Origin: a virus | Taxonomy: Duplodnaviria > Caudoviricetes | Reading direction: 5' to 3' (one strand) | Length of the DNA: 64,000 nucleotides | Virus record (IMG/VR): IMGVR_UViG_3300037067_006336 | Location: 64,001-128,000 of that record | Shown here: piece by piece, positions 29,778 to 40,594 of the stretch | Position numbering within the stretch: position 1 is the stretch's first letter | How the letters are laid out: each line of letters opens with the position of its first letter | Translations under genes and position numbers: made by a program | The notes under the pieces: generated by a model | Seen by the model: only the letters and a program-made list of their open reading frames with translations | Told to the model about the DNA's origin: nothing | Databases searched by the model: none

Positions 29778-30986
29778 ATGCCTAACATCCTGATAATAGA
29801 CGGTGATTTCTTCGCCAACCGGGTCATCGGTCGTCTCAATTCTAAATCAAAGGTCAACTCGCTATCTAACTCCATGGAGGTCTCCAACTTCAATGCCGAG
29901 TTGTGGAACGTGTTGATATCTGACATAGAGGCTTTCTCCCCTTACATAACTAACGTTGTTTTCGTGGCGGATAACTCCACGTGGCGTAAATCCGTTATAC
30001 CTTTCAACCCATATCACGTCAAGGAAGGTTCAAGAGTAGGATACAAGGAAACACGTGAAGACAAGAAAAATAACCTACCTTACGATTACACGACGTTCAA
30101 GAACGTGTATCATTCTTTCTTAACCGAGTTATCGAATAGTGGGATGGTTCCGGTTATAGACATCAAGGGTCTCGAGGGTGATGATAACATCATGCTGGTT
30201 GCCGACAAGATGAAAGGGAAGGGTAACTGCATCATATTCGGTTCGGATATCGACGTGTCACAAGTTGTCAAGGATAACGTGTTTTACTACCGTCACATCG
30301 TATCCAAGGATGCACCTGAAGGGGAGTTCATGGTATCCAGGAACACGTACGATATCATGTTCAACCAGGATATAAAATCACGTTTGCTAGGTGGTTCTAA
30401 CCTGTCATACATTAACTCGTTGATGTCATTCAGCTTTGATGACAAGAAACCTGTAAGGAGGGAAAAGGATACCGGCATAAGGGTAGCTGAACCATTCAAG
30501 ACAGCATTGATAAAGGTTATCACGGGTGACAAGAAAGACAATATATTCCCTCTTCTAGGATGGGATGCCAGCACGGGTACACGCAAGTTCGGTGTTACCG
30601 AGAACCATCTATCAAAGGTGTTGAAACTACACGGTCTCGAGTTAACAGAGGAAGTTTGCATATCTTTGTTGAAAGACAAGGAGATGATGGAGAACCTGCT
30701 AGTGGGTTTGAGATCGGAAACCGGTCAGGTGGATAATGTAAAGATGGATTCATTGTTCAACCATTTCAAGCACAACATGAGGATGAAGTTCTTGAATGTC
30801 TCGTTCACCCCGCAGGATATAAGGGATGAGTTCGACAAGTGCTGGGAAACAATATCCCCGGTATTACTTTACAACGAGTTGGAAACTGGAAAACTGACAT
30901 CGTTCAGGAAGAAACAAAGTGACCCTGGAAAACAGGTGATAAGCGGTAACGTTCCGGATGAATTGAAGAATTTAACAATATCATAA
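29778..30986 (+). CDS. T4 RNase H-like 5'-3' exonuclease/flap endonuclease
   Basis: ILIIDGD, WRK, YKETR, LEGDD, SDID..Q, GDKKDNI. Confidence 0.88.
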   Translation: MPNILIIDGDFFANRVIGRLNSKSKVNSLSNSMEVSNFNAELWNVLISDIEAFSPYITNVVFVADNSTWRKSVIPFNPYHVKEGSRVGYKETREDKKNNLPYDYTTFKNVYHSFLTELSNSGMVPVIDIKGLEGDDNIMLVADKMKGKGNCIIFGSDIDVSQVVKDNVFYYRHIVSKDAPEGEFMVSRNTYDIMFNQDIKSRLLGGSNLSYINSLMSFSFDDKKPVRREKDTGIRVAEPFKTALIKVITGDKKDNIFPLLGWDASTGTRKFGVTENHLSKVLKLHGLELTEEVCISLLKDKEMMENLLVGLRSETGQVDNVKMDSLFNHFKHNMRMKFLNVSFTPQDIRDEFDKCWETISPVLLYNELETGKLTSFRKKQSDPGKQVISGNVPDELKNLTIS

Positions 30987-30987
30987 A

Positions 30988-31473
30988 ATGGAAACAATAA
31001 AGAAAACATTAAACGAGTTACTTGTAGAAACGAAGTTCAGTATTATTGATAACTTCGATGACTTCAAACATAAGGTGTTCACACCTACCAGTACCGTGCC
31101 ATTTGTAACGGATAAATCTAGGGGATTCATCGTGTTAATGGATGAAGAAGATTTCAACAACACGTACCTACTTGACCTGTTCGTTAACTTGCCAATCGAT
31201 GATAACATCGACAAGTACGTCATCTTCAACAGGGAAACCAGGGACAAGGTTCTCCGTGACGTGTTATTGTTCGGGATGACTGACGACGATATGATCGGAG
31301 AATTGGGTGATAAGTTCCGACTTAGGCCGTGCGTGTTGTTGCATGCCCCAGGGAGTGATGATGTAGACATACTGGCAGAACCAATGATGTCAACCATAGA
31401 CAGGGATATGGTAAGGTTGTCTCTTGGAAAGTTGTTACCGGTGAAATATGATTCCAATGATAACTGCAACTGA
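30988..31473 (+). CDS. hypothetical protein
   Basis: 161-aa ORF. Confidence 0.6.
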   Translation: METIKKTLNELLVETKFSIIDNFDDFKHKVFTPTSTVPFVTDKSRGFIVLMDEEDFNNTYLLDLFVNLPIDDNIDKYVIFNRETRDKVLRDVLLFGMTDDDMIGELGDKFRLRPCVLLHAPGSDDVDILAEPMMSTIDRDMVRLSLGKLLPVKYDSNDNCN

Positions 31474-31966
31474 CAAGTACGGTGATAACCCGCACGAGGA
31501 ATTCAACAAGTTCCAGGATGATTTCTTCAGGTCGTTCGACCGTTTCAGTTCTTACACTCGTTTCGAGATCAAGAGGAACGGGTACAAGTTATTCAACAAC
31601 ATAGCGAAGGGTTACCCGGCCCTAGTATCAAAGGTAGGGTCAACGGGGGGGTTCGGTTGGAAAGCAGTAGAATCACCACAAGTACTGCAAGCCTTGCAAA
31701 GGTTATTACACGACAGGGGCAGGTTACCTGGTTACATCTTCTTCAAGGGTAACAAGGAAGCCGAGGAGAAAGTAAAGGTCAAGAAAACGTCTGATGGTTT
31801 AATATTCGACACGGAGACTAAAATGCAGGTGATGAACAAGCTAATGATCGATGACAAGACATACGAGTACATCAGGTTCACACCGGTAGTACAGGATCTC
31901 GGTAAGATGTTCGCCGGGGATTGGATCAACAACGAGAACATGAAGAAAACGCGAAAGAAACAATGA
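31448..31966 (+). CDS. hypothetical protein
   Basis: 172-aa ORF (start may be 31457). Confidence 0.6.
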   Translation: MIPMITATDKYGDNPHEEFNKFQDDFFRSFDRFSSYTRFEIKRNGYKLFNNIAKGYPALVSKVGSTGGFGWKAVESPQVLQALQRLLHDRGRLPGYIFFKGNKEAEEKVKVKKTSDGLIFDTETKMQVMNKLMIDDKTYEYIRFTPVVQDLGKMFAGDWINNENMKKTRKKQ

Positions 31967-32226
31967 TAACGATACACTGGGATTTCACCGATGGTACTGA
32001 AGTCTCTTACATGGAAGGAAAGAAACTAGGAGATAACTTCATAACATGTTGCCTGGATTTCTTCAGTAATGATATGGACGTTGATGACATAACGGTTCTT
32101 TGTAAAGATGGGAGATACATCAAACGATCGTTATTGCACAGGTCCACCTCTAAAGAAATAAGGAAAGAACATAACATTTATAAAATGTTGGTGGGTGGTG
32201 CATTTAAATGGATTAATATCAAATAA
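31963..32226 (+). CDS. hypothetical protein
   Basis: ATGA overlap with upstream stop. Confidence 0.55.
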   Translation: MITIHWDFTDGTEVSYMEGKKLGDNFITCCLDFFSNDMDVDDITVLCKDGRYIKRSLLHRSTSKEIRKEHNIYKMLVGGAFKWINIK

Positions 32227-32270
32227 TACCAATATTGATTTTTAAATTTTAAAAATACGGAAAATATCGT

Positions 32271-32498
32271 ATGCGGAAAATATTAATAGCACTTAAAATA
32301 ATACAAATAGTAGATAACGAGAAAAGGAATAAACAAGGATTGAAAAGATTTGGTCAAGGATATTCCAAAGCATATCGATTAAATCCTTTAAATCCATTGT
32401 CTTATATAATGATTATAATCTCAATCCCAATACTGTTATACATGTACGGGTTTGTAGGATTAGTTGAAAAATCATACAAAACGTTTCGTTGGGATTAA
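32271..32498 (+). CDS. small membrane protein
   Basis: RLNPLNPLSY followed by hydrophobic helix; AT-rich. Confidence 0.55.
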   Translation: MRKILIALKIIQIVDNEKRNKQGLKRFGQGYSKAYRLNPLNPLSYIMIIISIPILLYMYGFVGLVEKSYKTFRWD

Positions 32499-32525
32499 AT
32501 CAGCACTAACATTAATTTTCATTAC

Positions 32526-32918
32526 ATGGAATTTATTAAATCAATATTAAACAACTCGTTAGATGTCAATTGTGCCCGTTCAATATTTTGTCTGGTGTTC
32601 ATCTTCTTAACATCATCAGTGTACTTATCTTTATTTTGGATAAAGAAAAACCCATATTGCGAGTTACTGGGAATATCATCCATACTGGTAATAATATGTG
32701 GTATTATCCTGCAAATCATCATTAATCATGCAGGTATCATGGTTAATATATTTAATTTAAAATGTTTATTCGTCGGAATGTTAATACTTTACACATCACT
32801 TCTCATTATCTTGGATTTAATGTTGGATGGCATTAAAATACGTAAGACCATACCATTGTTCATTCTGTGCACGTGTTTGTTAATACCATTTTTAATAGTT
32901 TCTAACATCCTTGAGTAA
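32526..32918 (+). CDS. multi-pass membrane protein
   Basis: About four hydrophobic segments; AT-rich. Confidence 0.5.
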   Translation: MEFIKSILNNSLDVNCARSIFCLVFIFLTSSVYLSLFWIKKNPYCELLGISSILVIICGIILQIIINHAGIMVNIFNLKCLFVGMLILYTSLLIILDLMLDGIKIRKTIPLFILCTCLLIPFLIVSNILE

Positions 32919-32940
32919 ATAACCTTTAAAACATTCATAT

Positions 32941-33177
32941 ATGGAATATTTCGTTGGTATAGTAGGGATAATACTGGTCCCGTTACTAGGGGTTTTCTTC
33001 TTCAGCATGAAGGATTACGTGTTGAGGCATTCAAGTTTACATTCCCCGGTCATGATAGATTGTTACGTTGATGGTAAATATAACAAGAAGAAAGCCTCCG
33101 CTTTACTAGCTATCATTATAACCAGTAGCATCGCGATAATTATAGAGGGGGTTTGTGTATTGTATATGTTAAAATAA
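32941..33177 (+). CDS. small two-TM membrane protein
   Basis: Two hydrophobic helices. Confidence 0.5.
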   Translation: MEYFVGIVGIILVPLLGVFFFSMKDYVLRHSSLHSPVMIDCYVDGKYNKKKASALLAIIITSSIAIIIEGVCVLYMLK

Positions 33178-33197
33178 TTTTAAAAAATCTTTTAATA

Positions 33198-33818
33198 ATG
33201 AAAATATTAAACATACCAGTAGGTGTCATCATCGTTACACTGGTGTTATTATTGATCAGTGGTAGTGTATTCACGGTAATGTACAAGAACATACGGGATT
33301 TGAAAAATGACAGGGACAGGTTGCAACACAACATGTCTGGTGATGATATCGACACGTCAAGATCGAAATCAGGTTTACTAGTCAATACATCTGCTGGTGA
33401 CGTACTCACAGTATCAGAGTTCAAGGAGTACCAGGACAAGTTAAAAGTCAGGTTGGATGATATAGGTGTGAAAGTTAAGAACATATCGAGTGTTAGTAAC
33501 ATTACTTACCACCAGTATTACAAGATTGACAGCACCTTCAAGACATCAAGGGTATCAGATTCAACTTTCAAGTTCTCTTACAGTGATAAATACCTGGACA
33601 TAAAACAGGGGTTGAGGATAACACCTGATAGCGGTATCATGGTAGATACACCCGTGGTTAACGTGCGTGGGGGCATGATGTTGACACACGAGGTAATTTA
33701 CAAGCGTAACTGGCTGTTCTGGAGGAAAGCGGTAGGTGTAAAATTGCACGTTGTATCTAACAACCCACATATTGCACTCGACTCGATGCAGTTAATCGAA
33801 CTGAAGAAAAAGTACTAG
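33198..33818 (+). CDS. DUF6549-like membrane-anchored protein (possible spanin-like)
   Basis: N-terminal TM plus coiled coil; KRNWLFWRK...VVSNNPH C-terminus recalled from Bacteroidota phage proteins. Confidence 0.45.
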   Translation: MKILNIPVGVIIVTLVLLLISGSVFTVMYKNIRDLKNDRDRLQHNMSGDDIDTSRSKSGLLVNTSAGDVLTVSEFKEYQDKLKVRLDDIGVKVKNISSVSNITYHQYYKIDSTFKTSRVSDSTFKFSYSDKYLDIKQGLRITPDSGIMVDTPVVNVRGGMMLTHEVIYKRNWLFWRKAVGVKLHVVSNNPHIALDSMQLIELKKKY

Positions 33819-33821
33819 ATT

Positions 33822-35708
33822 TTGAAACAACTTGACAAGATAGATGCCAGGAACGCGATACAAGCATCTTCCGATGGTTTCTTCGATCCCCGCGTGATAA
33901 CGGAGGATGGTAAATCACGTAGGGTGTGGACATCGGAATCCGTGGAACTGGCTAACAAGGGTTTGAGGGAAGGTTACAAGCTTCTCGAGAACCCTTACTT
34001 GCGTTCTGTCAAGGGGTACAATCTTAGAAAATCGGGCATTAGCTTCAAGCCATCAGGGGAAGAGATGGAGGTGATGGAAGCCATCATGGATGACAAGTTG
34101 TGGTTCTGTAACAACTTCCTGCACTTGAAGGACGAGGAGAAAGGTTGGATACAGGTGAAGATGCGTGATTACCAGTCCAAGTTATTGTCTCTTTATGATA
34201 CGGAGAAATGGAACATCGTCATGTTCCCTCGGCAGTCTGGAAAGACTACCACGACTATAGGTGAGATATTACATTTCGTGCTTACCAATATCGACAAGGA
34301 TATAGTTTGCATAGCCCAGTCCGACAAGGTGGTAAGGGAGATTCGAAAGAAGTTACTGGAGGCTTTCTCCAAGATACCATTCTTCATGCAACCAGGCTGT
34401 ATAGCCGTCAACAAGGAAGGTTTCATGTTCGACAACGGGTGTCGTATAACCGTGGGTATAGCTGCTGAATCGGTAGTGCAAGGTTACGCACTTGATTTCC
34501 TTTACATTGACGAGTTCGCGTACATCAAGAACACCATGGTACGCAAGTTCTGGAACAACATATACCCGACATTAATCAATAACCCCAAATCCAAGTGCAT
34601 CATAACATCCACGCCTAACGGCAGGAACCTGTTCTGGGAGTTATGGGTTGGGTCGGAGATGAAGAACAACCGGTTCCACAGTTACCGGATATACTGGTAT
34701 GATGTCCCAGGACGTGACGAGAAGTTCAAGCAGGACACGATAGTGAACATGGGACTCGAGGGTTGGGAAATGGGTTTCGAGTGTTCGTTCGACACCCAGT
34801 TGAAATCCGTTTTCGGCATAATGGTTCAAAAGGCATTGAGGGCATCCCAGCTAGTCATGAAGGAAGAATGGGCAACCGAGGAAGGTACCACGCTGGACGG
34901 GTTCGAGATGTTATCACGCGACACGTGCGATTACGACTTCAAGAGGGATTACTTCTTGATAGGTATCGATATAGCCGAGGGACTCGAGCAGGATTCATCA
35001 ACCATCAAGATACGCAAGATGGAGTGGGACAAGAACCTTAAGAAACTAACATACCGTAGCGTGGGGGTGTTCCATGATAACAACATATCGGTCGAGGATC
35101 TTGCGATAAAGGTAATGGTCATATCAAGGTTGTTCGATCCTGGGAAAGTAAAGGTCATCGTAGAGAATAACACGTACGGCGGGGAGTTCTTCACGCACAT
35201 GAGGAACTTGAGGAACCATGACAGGGATTACTTCGATTTCAACATGGATATCATCGCCAAGTTCATCAGGGATTCGAAAGGTGATTACGAGTACGGGATC
35301 AGGAGGTCCAGGAAGAACAAACCAGTTGATGTCAAATCGTTCACTAGTCTCGTGTCCAACAACATCATGATAGAATCTAACAATACCACCATAGAGGAGT
35401 ACCTGAATTTCGGCAGGAAGAAAGATAACACGTACGCCGCCAATTACGGGCATGATGACCTGGTGATGGCTGACGTGGCGATATCACACTTCATAAAATC
35501 GAACGATATAAATTGCCGTGAATTCCTGAAGATGACCGAGGGAAACTTGAGGTGCATCGCGAATGACGAGGATCAAGAAGTACTGGCGAAGAAAGCAGCA
35601 GAAGCGATGTTGAAGGACATATACGTGACATCTAACGGTTTCAAGGTAAGGGATCATGAAGAGGAATACGCGAGAACACACGGTTCGGATGAATGCGTGT
35701 ACATGTAA
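33822..35708 (+). CDS. terL: terminase large subunit (T4 gp17-like)
   Basis: MRDYQ, PRQSGKTT, LYIDEFAYI, ITSTPNG, IGIDIAEG, GHDDLVMA. Confidence 0.93.
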   Translation: MKQLDKIDARNAIQASSDGFFDPRVITEDGKSRRVWTSESVELANKGLREGYKLLENPYLRSVKGYNLRKSGISFKPSGEEMEVMEAIMDDKLWFCNNFLHLKDEEKGWIQVKMRDYQSKLLSLYDTEKWNIVMFPRQSGKTTTTIGEILHFVLTNIDKDIVCIAQSDKVVREIRKKLLEAFSKIPFFMQPGCIAVNKEGFMFDNGCRITVGIAAESVVQGYALDFLYIDEFAYIKNTMVRKFWNNIYPTLINNPKSKCIITSTPNGRNLFWELWVGSEMKNNRFHSYRIYWYDVPGRDEKFKQDTIVNMGLEGWEMGFECSFDTQLKSVFGIMVQKALRASQLVMKEEWATEEGTTLDGFEMLSRDTCDYDFKRDYFLIGIDIAEGLEQDSSTIKIRKMEWDKNLKKLTYRSVGVFHDNNISVEDLAIKVMVISRLFDPGKVKVIVENNTYGGEFFTHMRNLRNHDRDYFDFNMDIIAKFIRDSKGDYEYGIRRSRKNKPVDVKSFTSLVSNNIMIESNNTTIEEYLNFGRKKDNTYAANYGHDDLVMADVAISHFIKSNDINCREFLKMTEGNLRCIANDEDQEVLAKKAAEAMLKDIYVTSNGFKVRDHEEEYARTHGSDECVYM

Positions 35709-35734
35709 ATAAACACGTGTTAAAAGTGAAAGTA

Positions 35735-37429
35735 ATGGAAAACAAGATGACAGCCCGAGTGAAGGGTATGATACAACGGTTCGATAACCCTGTCAAGAAC
35801 AGCAGGGACAGACAAGAGTTAATCATGAACATGGAAAACATGGTATCCAGGCTAAAAGGTCAACTCAGTACCTTGGTAATAACTTACGGTTTAGGATCAT
35901 ACTTCTACGAGGAAGGTGTTGATGGTGTTAAAACATGTAATACTGAGATGTTACCCAAGGCTGGTATAAAGGATAACGAACTTGTTATAGAGCACTTGAA
36001 ATCCCTTACCATCGCTAATTTACCGGCAGGTGTCAAGGGGTACATCAACGTGACCGGGCACCCTTATATTGGTGGGAACGGTTACGATCTTGACGTACCT
36101 GTCATTGATGAGGAATTCAAGATTGGTGTTAGCCAGGTATCGATGAACAACCTGCAATCGAATAACAACGCTCTTGAAAAGAAAGAATTGTTCTGGTTAA
36201 CGGCTTCATGTACCAACATAGAGGTAAACGGTGTAAAAGGTTTATTATTGCTGGAATTCCCCAACGGGAAATTTGACGTGGCAGAATCTACCACGGGGGC
36301 AAAGGTGACATATTATGATAAAAAGATATACTTTAACACCAGGAAGGAAGCCGTGATGTCTGCCACCGAGAGACTCACTCCTGAAAACATTAAGAATCTT
36401 GGAAAGGCAATAGGGGGCTACCTGTCCACCAACGGTACGTCTAAACCTGTAACACCTGCTGACATAAAGATGTTCGGGGAGTTCAAGGTTTACAACGATA
36501 CATTGAGAAAGGAAGCCCGTTCCAAGAGGGTCAAGGAGAAAGAGGAAAGGCAAGCTTATAAAGAGGAATTCAGGAAGGAATTCGAGGTTTTGAAAAGTGA
36601 AGGAATCGACACACGTGTCCACCAGGAAGCACCCGCTACCAGGTTACCATTGATAGAACTCACTGGTAAGGAAACCATCGAGCAGTTGAAATCATTACTC
36701 GCGACTAGGTCGCCATATTACGATACGAAAAATTCTAAATGGGACACGGTAGATTCATACCGGCGAATGAATAAATCGGAACTATTGGAACTCGTGAAGA
36801 TTTACAACACCAACATTGAGAACGGTGGTGATGGTAACATATCGACGTTTAGGAACGAGGAGTTATACATTGCTAATAACAAGGTAATGGAAGATATCAA
36901 TAACTGGTTGAAACTAGGTGGTGTTGATATTGACATGGTACCAGATTCTATCAAGTTAAAATTGAAAGCAAACTGGGAAAAATTCCTGGAGGTGAACCTT
37001 AACGGTGTGGTGTCGGAGGCCGATATACCGGTTGCCACCGCGAAGATGAAAGCACTATTCCAACCGGTGATAGACGAGTACGGTTACGATATCGAGAACT
37101 TGAAAGGTTCGAACAAGGCGGAGAGTGTCAGGGTAGGTGATACCATCACACTGGAGGAATACGAGATGCTGGATGATTCGTTGAAACAGTACTTCACACC
37201 TAACAGGGTAAAGGGTTACACCAGAACATTAACACCGTTCGAGTTGCAATTCATATGGGATATAATGAATGCCGATACCCGTAAGAGATTAGTTACAACA
37301 AGGGATATTAACGGCGAACTAGCACCTAACGTTATCATGAAGAATCACGGCGAATTAAACAGGGAAGAGATGATACTAGTTAACAATATGATTAAATCTT
37401 ACATGTTCGGGAAGATTGTCAAAAATTAA
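35735..37429 (+). CDS. hypothetical protein
   Basis: About 564-aa ORF; ATG 35735. Confidence 0.65.
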   Translation: MENKMTARVKGMIQRFDNPVKNSRDRQELIMNMENMVSRLKGQLSTLVITYGLGSYFYEEGVDGVKTCNTEMLPKAGIKDNELVIEHLKSLTIANLPAGVKGYINVTGHPYIGGNGYDLDVPVIDEEFKIGVSQVSMNNLQSNNNALEKKELFWLTASCTNIEVNGVKGLLLLEFPNGKFDVAESTTGAKVTYYDKKIYFNTRKEAVMSATERLTPENIKNLGKAIGGYLSTNGTSKPVTPADIKMFGEFKVYNDTLRKEARSKRVKEKEERQAYKEEFRKEFEVLKSEGIDTRVHQEAPATRLPLIELTGKETIEQLKSLLATRSPYYDTKNSKWDTVDSYRRMNKSELLELVKIYNTNIENGGDGNISTFRNEELYIANNKVMEDINNWLKLGGVDIDMVPDSIKLKLKANWEKFLEVNLNGVVSEADIPVATAKMKALFQPVIDEYGYDIENLKGSNKAESVRVGDTITLEEYEMLDDSLKQYFTPNRVKGYTRTLTPFELQFIWDIMNADTRKRLVTTRDINGELAPNVIMKNHGELNREEMILVNNMIKSYMFGKIVKN

Positions 37430-37438
37430 TTTAAATAT

Positions 37439-38911
37439 ATGAAACCAGAATTACTAAGGAATTATGATAATTCCAGGGAAGATTACCGGTATGCGATCAA
37501 GGATGGTGATACTGGAACATTCCTCAACAACGATCGAATCACAAGTACGTCACTAGTGTTCACCGGTAACTTGCAGTGGTACTACACCCTAGATGATGTT
37601 TGTTACAAGGGCAACGGGGACAAGATGAACATCTTTGATGTTTACAACCATCTGAAAGCATGTTCCAAACTACACGACGTGCTCGGCGATGACAGATGTT
37701 TAGCATTCATCATAGGTTATGAACAAGGGGATGTAAGGAACAAGATCACGGTTAACGATTTAAATTCAGTATCGACAACACTTGATGAATCATTCGATAA
37801 ATCAACCATGTTGTTAGCAGTTTGTTTCGACTGGATGTGCAGGTGGTATTGCAGGACAAAGGATAACAGTACCGGGATGTTCACGTTTGGAAAGTTCTTC
37901 GAACATTCAACCAGGTTGAAATTCGATATAGATGCCATCAGTTACATAATTGAAACGTTACATGCTAACGGGTATGATCCAAAAGCATTAGAATCTTTCA
38001 ATGTTAACGAGTTAATTGATATTGATGAACACGGGGAAGTGATAAATAGACCGTGGAATATAAGGTATTTTGACAAGTTACCTTCCTTGAAAGAAGAATC
38101 CGACAAGGTAAGAAACGGGGATATCATACATGTTTACATCAAGGATGACTTCTTCATTACATCAAATGATAGGTTTGTCGTTGTTAACGGTGCAAGTACC
38201 GGTTCTATGCCGGATTATACCAGGGTATGCGTGATGGATGGTTCAGGTTACTCGTTCGACAGTAACATGTCATTAGCCAACGCTGTGCGATTGGCTAGTA
38301 ACATGGATGAGCGTGATTTCTGGATGTGGCCTGACACCGATGCCGTGAAGCTCATGACCAAACTAGTCAATGTTGGTTATTTCAACCGTTTATCCGCCAC
38401 ACGGTTCGAGCCAACCGTTAAGGGTGTACGATTCTGTTATGGACTGGAAGACACCAGTACTACCAACTTGAACGAGGCGGAACAGGAACAAGGTGACAAG
38501 AAGCAACACCCTTACCACGCGTTCTTCCGCTCGAAACTACGGGGACACGGTGTAAACTCACCATCGGAACTAGATGACACGACAAAAGTCAAATTCTTCA
38601 ACGAGGTAAAGAAGGGTTGGAAGAATATGAAGAAGAAAAAGGGTGATGAAGACAAGAACTTGAACGAATCATACAAGGAGTTCCCGGTGTTGAACGAGTA
38701 CAACAAGATAATCGGGTTACTGCTTGATAAATACAACACACCATCATACACCAGGTTGGGTGAAAATGACAAGAAGAAATTCATGTTGGAACTAGAGCAA
38801 GGTATAGAGGCTATAGATCGCAAGTGCAACCTCATGCAATCGGATAACAGTTTCAACCTTAACCCTGGTCAAATGTTCGACATGAACCAAACCAAATCCA
38901 TAACCGATTAA
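37439..38911 (+). CDS. putative internal head protein, paralogue 1
   Basis: Paralogous to next gene; two NLNE sites each followed by a ~40-aa helical module. Confidence 0.5.
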   Translation: MKPELLRNYDNSREDYRYAIKDGDTGTFLNNDRITSTSLVFTGNLQWYYTLDDVCYKGNGDKMNIFDVYNHLKACSKLHDVLGDDRCLAFIIGYEQGDVRNKITVNDLNSVSTTLDESFDKSTMLLAVCFDWMCRWYCRTKDNSTGMFTFGKFFEHSTRLKFDIDAISYIIETLHANGYDPKALESFNVNELIDIDEHGEVINRPWNIRYFDKLPSLKEESDKVRNGDIIHVYIKDDFFITSNDRFVVVNGASTGSMPDYTRVCVMDGSGYSFDSNMSLANAVRLASNMDERDFWMWPDTDAVKLMTKLVNVGYFNRLSATRFEPTVKGVRFCYGLEDTSTTNLNEAEQEQGDKKQHPYHAFFRSKLRGHGVNSPSELDDTTKVKFFNEVKKGWKNMKKKKGDEDKNLNESYKEFPVLNEYNKIIGLLLDKYNTPSYTRLGENDKKKFMLELEQGIEAIDRKCNLMQSDNSFNLNPGQMFDMNQTKSITD

Positions 38912-38921
38912 AAATTTTAAC

Positions 38922-40529
38922 ATGAAACCACTATTATTACGTCATTACAACGAGTATGACAGGGATTTTAACTACGCGATAAAAGATGTTGAAACAGGTA
39001 ACTTCCTTTACGTTGATAAGATGAACATGTTATCATTCACGCCAGCCCTGATATGGTATCCGGGGGATGGGGTTGATTCCGGTAACGGGGTTATATTGAA
39101 CATCACCGAGCTTTACAACACGTTGAAATGTTCTGAAGGTTTGCTTTCCACGCTGGGTGCTAATACATGTCTTGCATTCATAGCTACCAAGGATGGTGAC
39201 GTGAAATGGAAGGTAACCCGTAACGATTTCGATCATGTTCGTGAATCTATAGCTAAGACATTCAATAACGATGTGATGTCTGTTGCTATCTGTGTTGATG
39301 GGTTATTCAACTGGTACTCACGTGTTGGTACGGGTAGTTCCACGGGATTCGGCTTGAAATCACTAGAGGTATACCTGAACAATCGAAATGTCAATGATGC
39401 AATAACTTACTTCATAACGAAAAGAATAAAAGATGAAGGTTTCAACATGAATAGAACCAATAATTTCAACCAGAAGGAGGATTTAATCGATGTTGATGAG
39501 AATGGTAATTTAGATGAAAGATCCCCTGACATTAACCGGTTTAACAAGTTACCACCCTTGCACGAGTACGCCCCCACCTTGAAACGAGACATACCGTTCT
39601 CGTTGATGATGAACAATAATATCCGAACCACCGGTAAATTCTGCGTGTTACCAGCTTCTAGTGCCGAGTTGCTTGAGGGTTTCACCAAGGTTGGTGAATT
39701 TCGTGATGGTATTTACATGTTTGTTGAAGAGATGGCAATACCCACGATGCTGGGACTCATAAAAGGCATGGACAACCGGGATTTCTGGTTATGGGATAAC
39801 ACGGACGGGGTAAAATTGATGGAAAAGGCGATAGACCTGGGGTATTACCGGCAGGTGTTGGTTGCTCAATTCGAGATAACCGCGGATGGTGTTAGTGCTT
39901 ACCATGAAAAGCATGACACGATGGTAAATTTAAACGAGGATGAAAAGGAAAACCCCTACCACTTGTTCTTCAGGAACAAACTAGAGGAATACAATATCGA
40001 TTCCCCGTCCGACTTAAACGTTGAAGACAGGGTAAAATTCTTCAATGATGTAAAGGAGGGATGGAAGGGAAAGAAGAAAAATGTCAAGTTGAACGAGTCG
40101 GCAGGTTTAACCGGTAGCATCGTGAAATACAATGACATTTTCCACGAACTACTTGACAAGTACAAGGTAGGTTCATTCACCCGCTTACCGGGGTCAAGCA
40201 GGAAGAAATTCATGGAAGAAGTGGAAAAGGGTATAGAGGAATTAGAAGGATCAGCAGACCTTAAACAACTAAACCAGACGAAGAAACAATCGATAACCAA
40301 GGTTAAACCTGAAGAAGGGAAGATGCACGAGGTACTGGGGGTAGACAAGAACAAGAAGATTTCCGATGTTTACAAGAGCGGTGCATCGCTGGCTAAAGCC
40401 TTGATAGGTAAGGTTGGAAGGGGGAAAGCCGCAGGTATGATCAACTATGCCGCCAACATATCATCAAGGGAAGACGTCTTCGACGAAGCCTCGAGATGGT
40501 TAGGTGATAATCCCCAGCAATCCAGTTAG
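38922..40529 (+). CDS. putative internal head protein, paralogue 2
   Basis: Same architecture plus an extra C-terminal GKMHEVLGV..KKI domain. Confidence 0.5.
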   Translation: MKPLLLRHYNEYDRDFNYAIKDVETGNFLYVDKMNMLSFTPALIWYPGDGVDSGNGVILNITELYNTLKCSEGLLSTLGANTCLAFIATKDGDVKWKVTRNDFDHVRESIAKTFNNDVMSVAICVDGLFNWYSRVGTGSSTGFGLKSLEVYLNNRNVNDAITYFITKRIKDEGFNMNRTNNFNQKEDLIDVDENGNLDERSPDINRFNKLPPLHEYAPTLKRDIPFSLMMNNNIRTTGKFCVLPASSAELLEGFTKVGEFRDGIYMFVEEMAIPTMLGLIKGMDNRDFWLWDNTDGVKLMEKAIDLGYYRQVLVAQFEITADGVSAYHEKHDTMVNLNEDEKENPYHLFFRNKLEEYNIDSPSDLNVEDRVKFFNDVKEGWKGKKKNVKLNESAGLTGSIVKYNDIFHELLDKYKVGSFTRLPGSSRKKFMEEVEKGIEELEGSADLKQLNQTKKQSITKVKPEEGKMHEVLGVDKNKKISDVYKSGASLAKALIGKVGRGKAAGMINYAANISSREDVFDEASRWLGDNPQQSS

Positions 40530-40553
40530 TTAATAAAAAGGTATTACCTGTTT

Positions 40554-40586
40554 ACCCGTGTATTTTAAACGATACACGGGTTTTTC
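40554..40586 (+). terminator. intrinsic terminator
   Basis: ACCCGTGTAT/ATACACGGGT stem followed by T-tract. Confidence 0.8.
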
Positions 40587-40594
40587 ATTAAATA

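Noticed and set aside
30366-30820. CAGGATAT copies inside the RNase H gene
   Set aside because: In coding sequence and not at the characteristic distance from a start codon; treated as chance or unproven.
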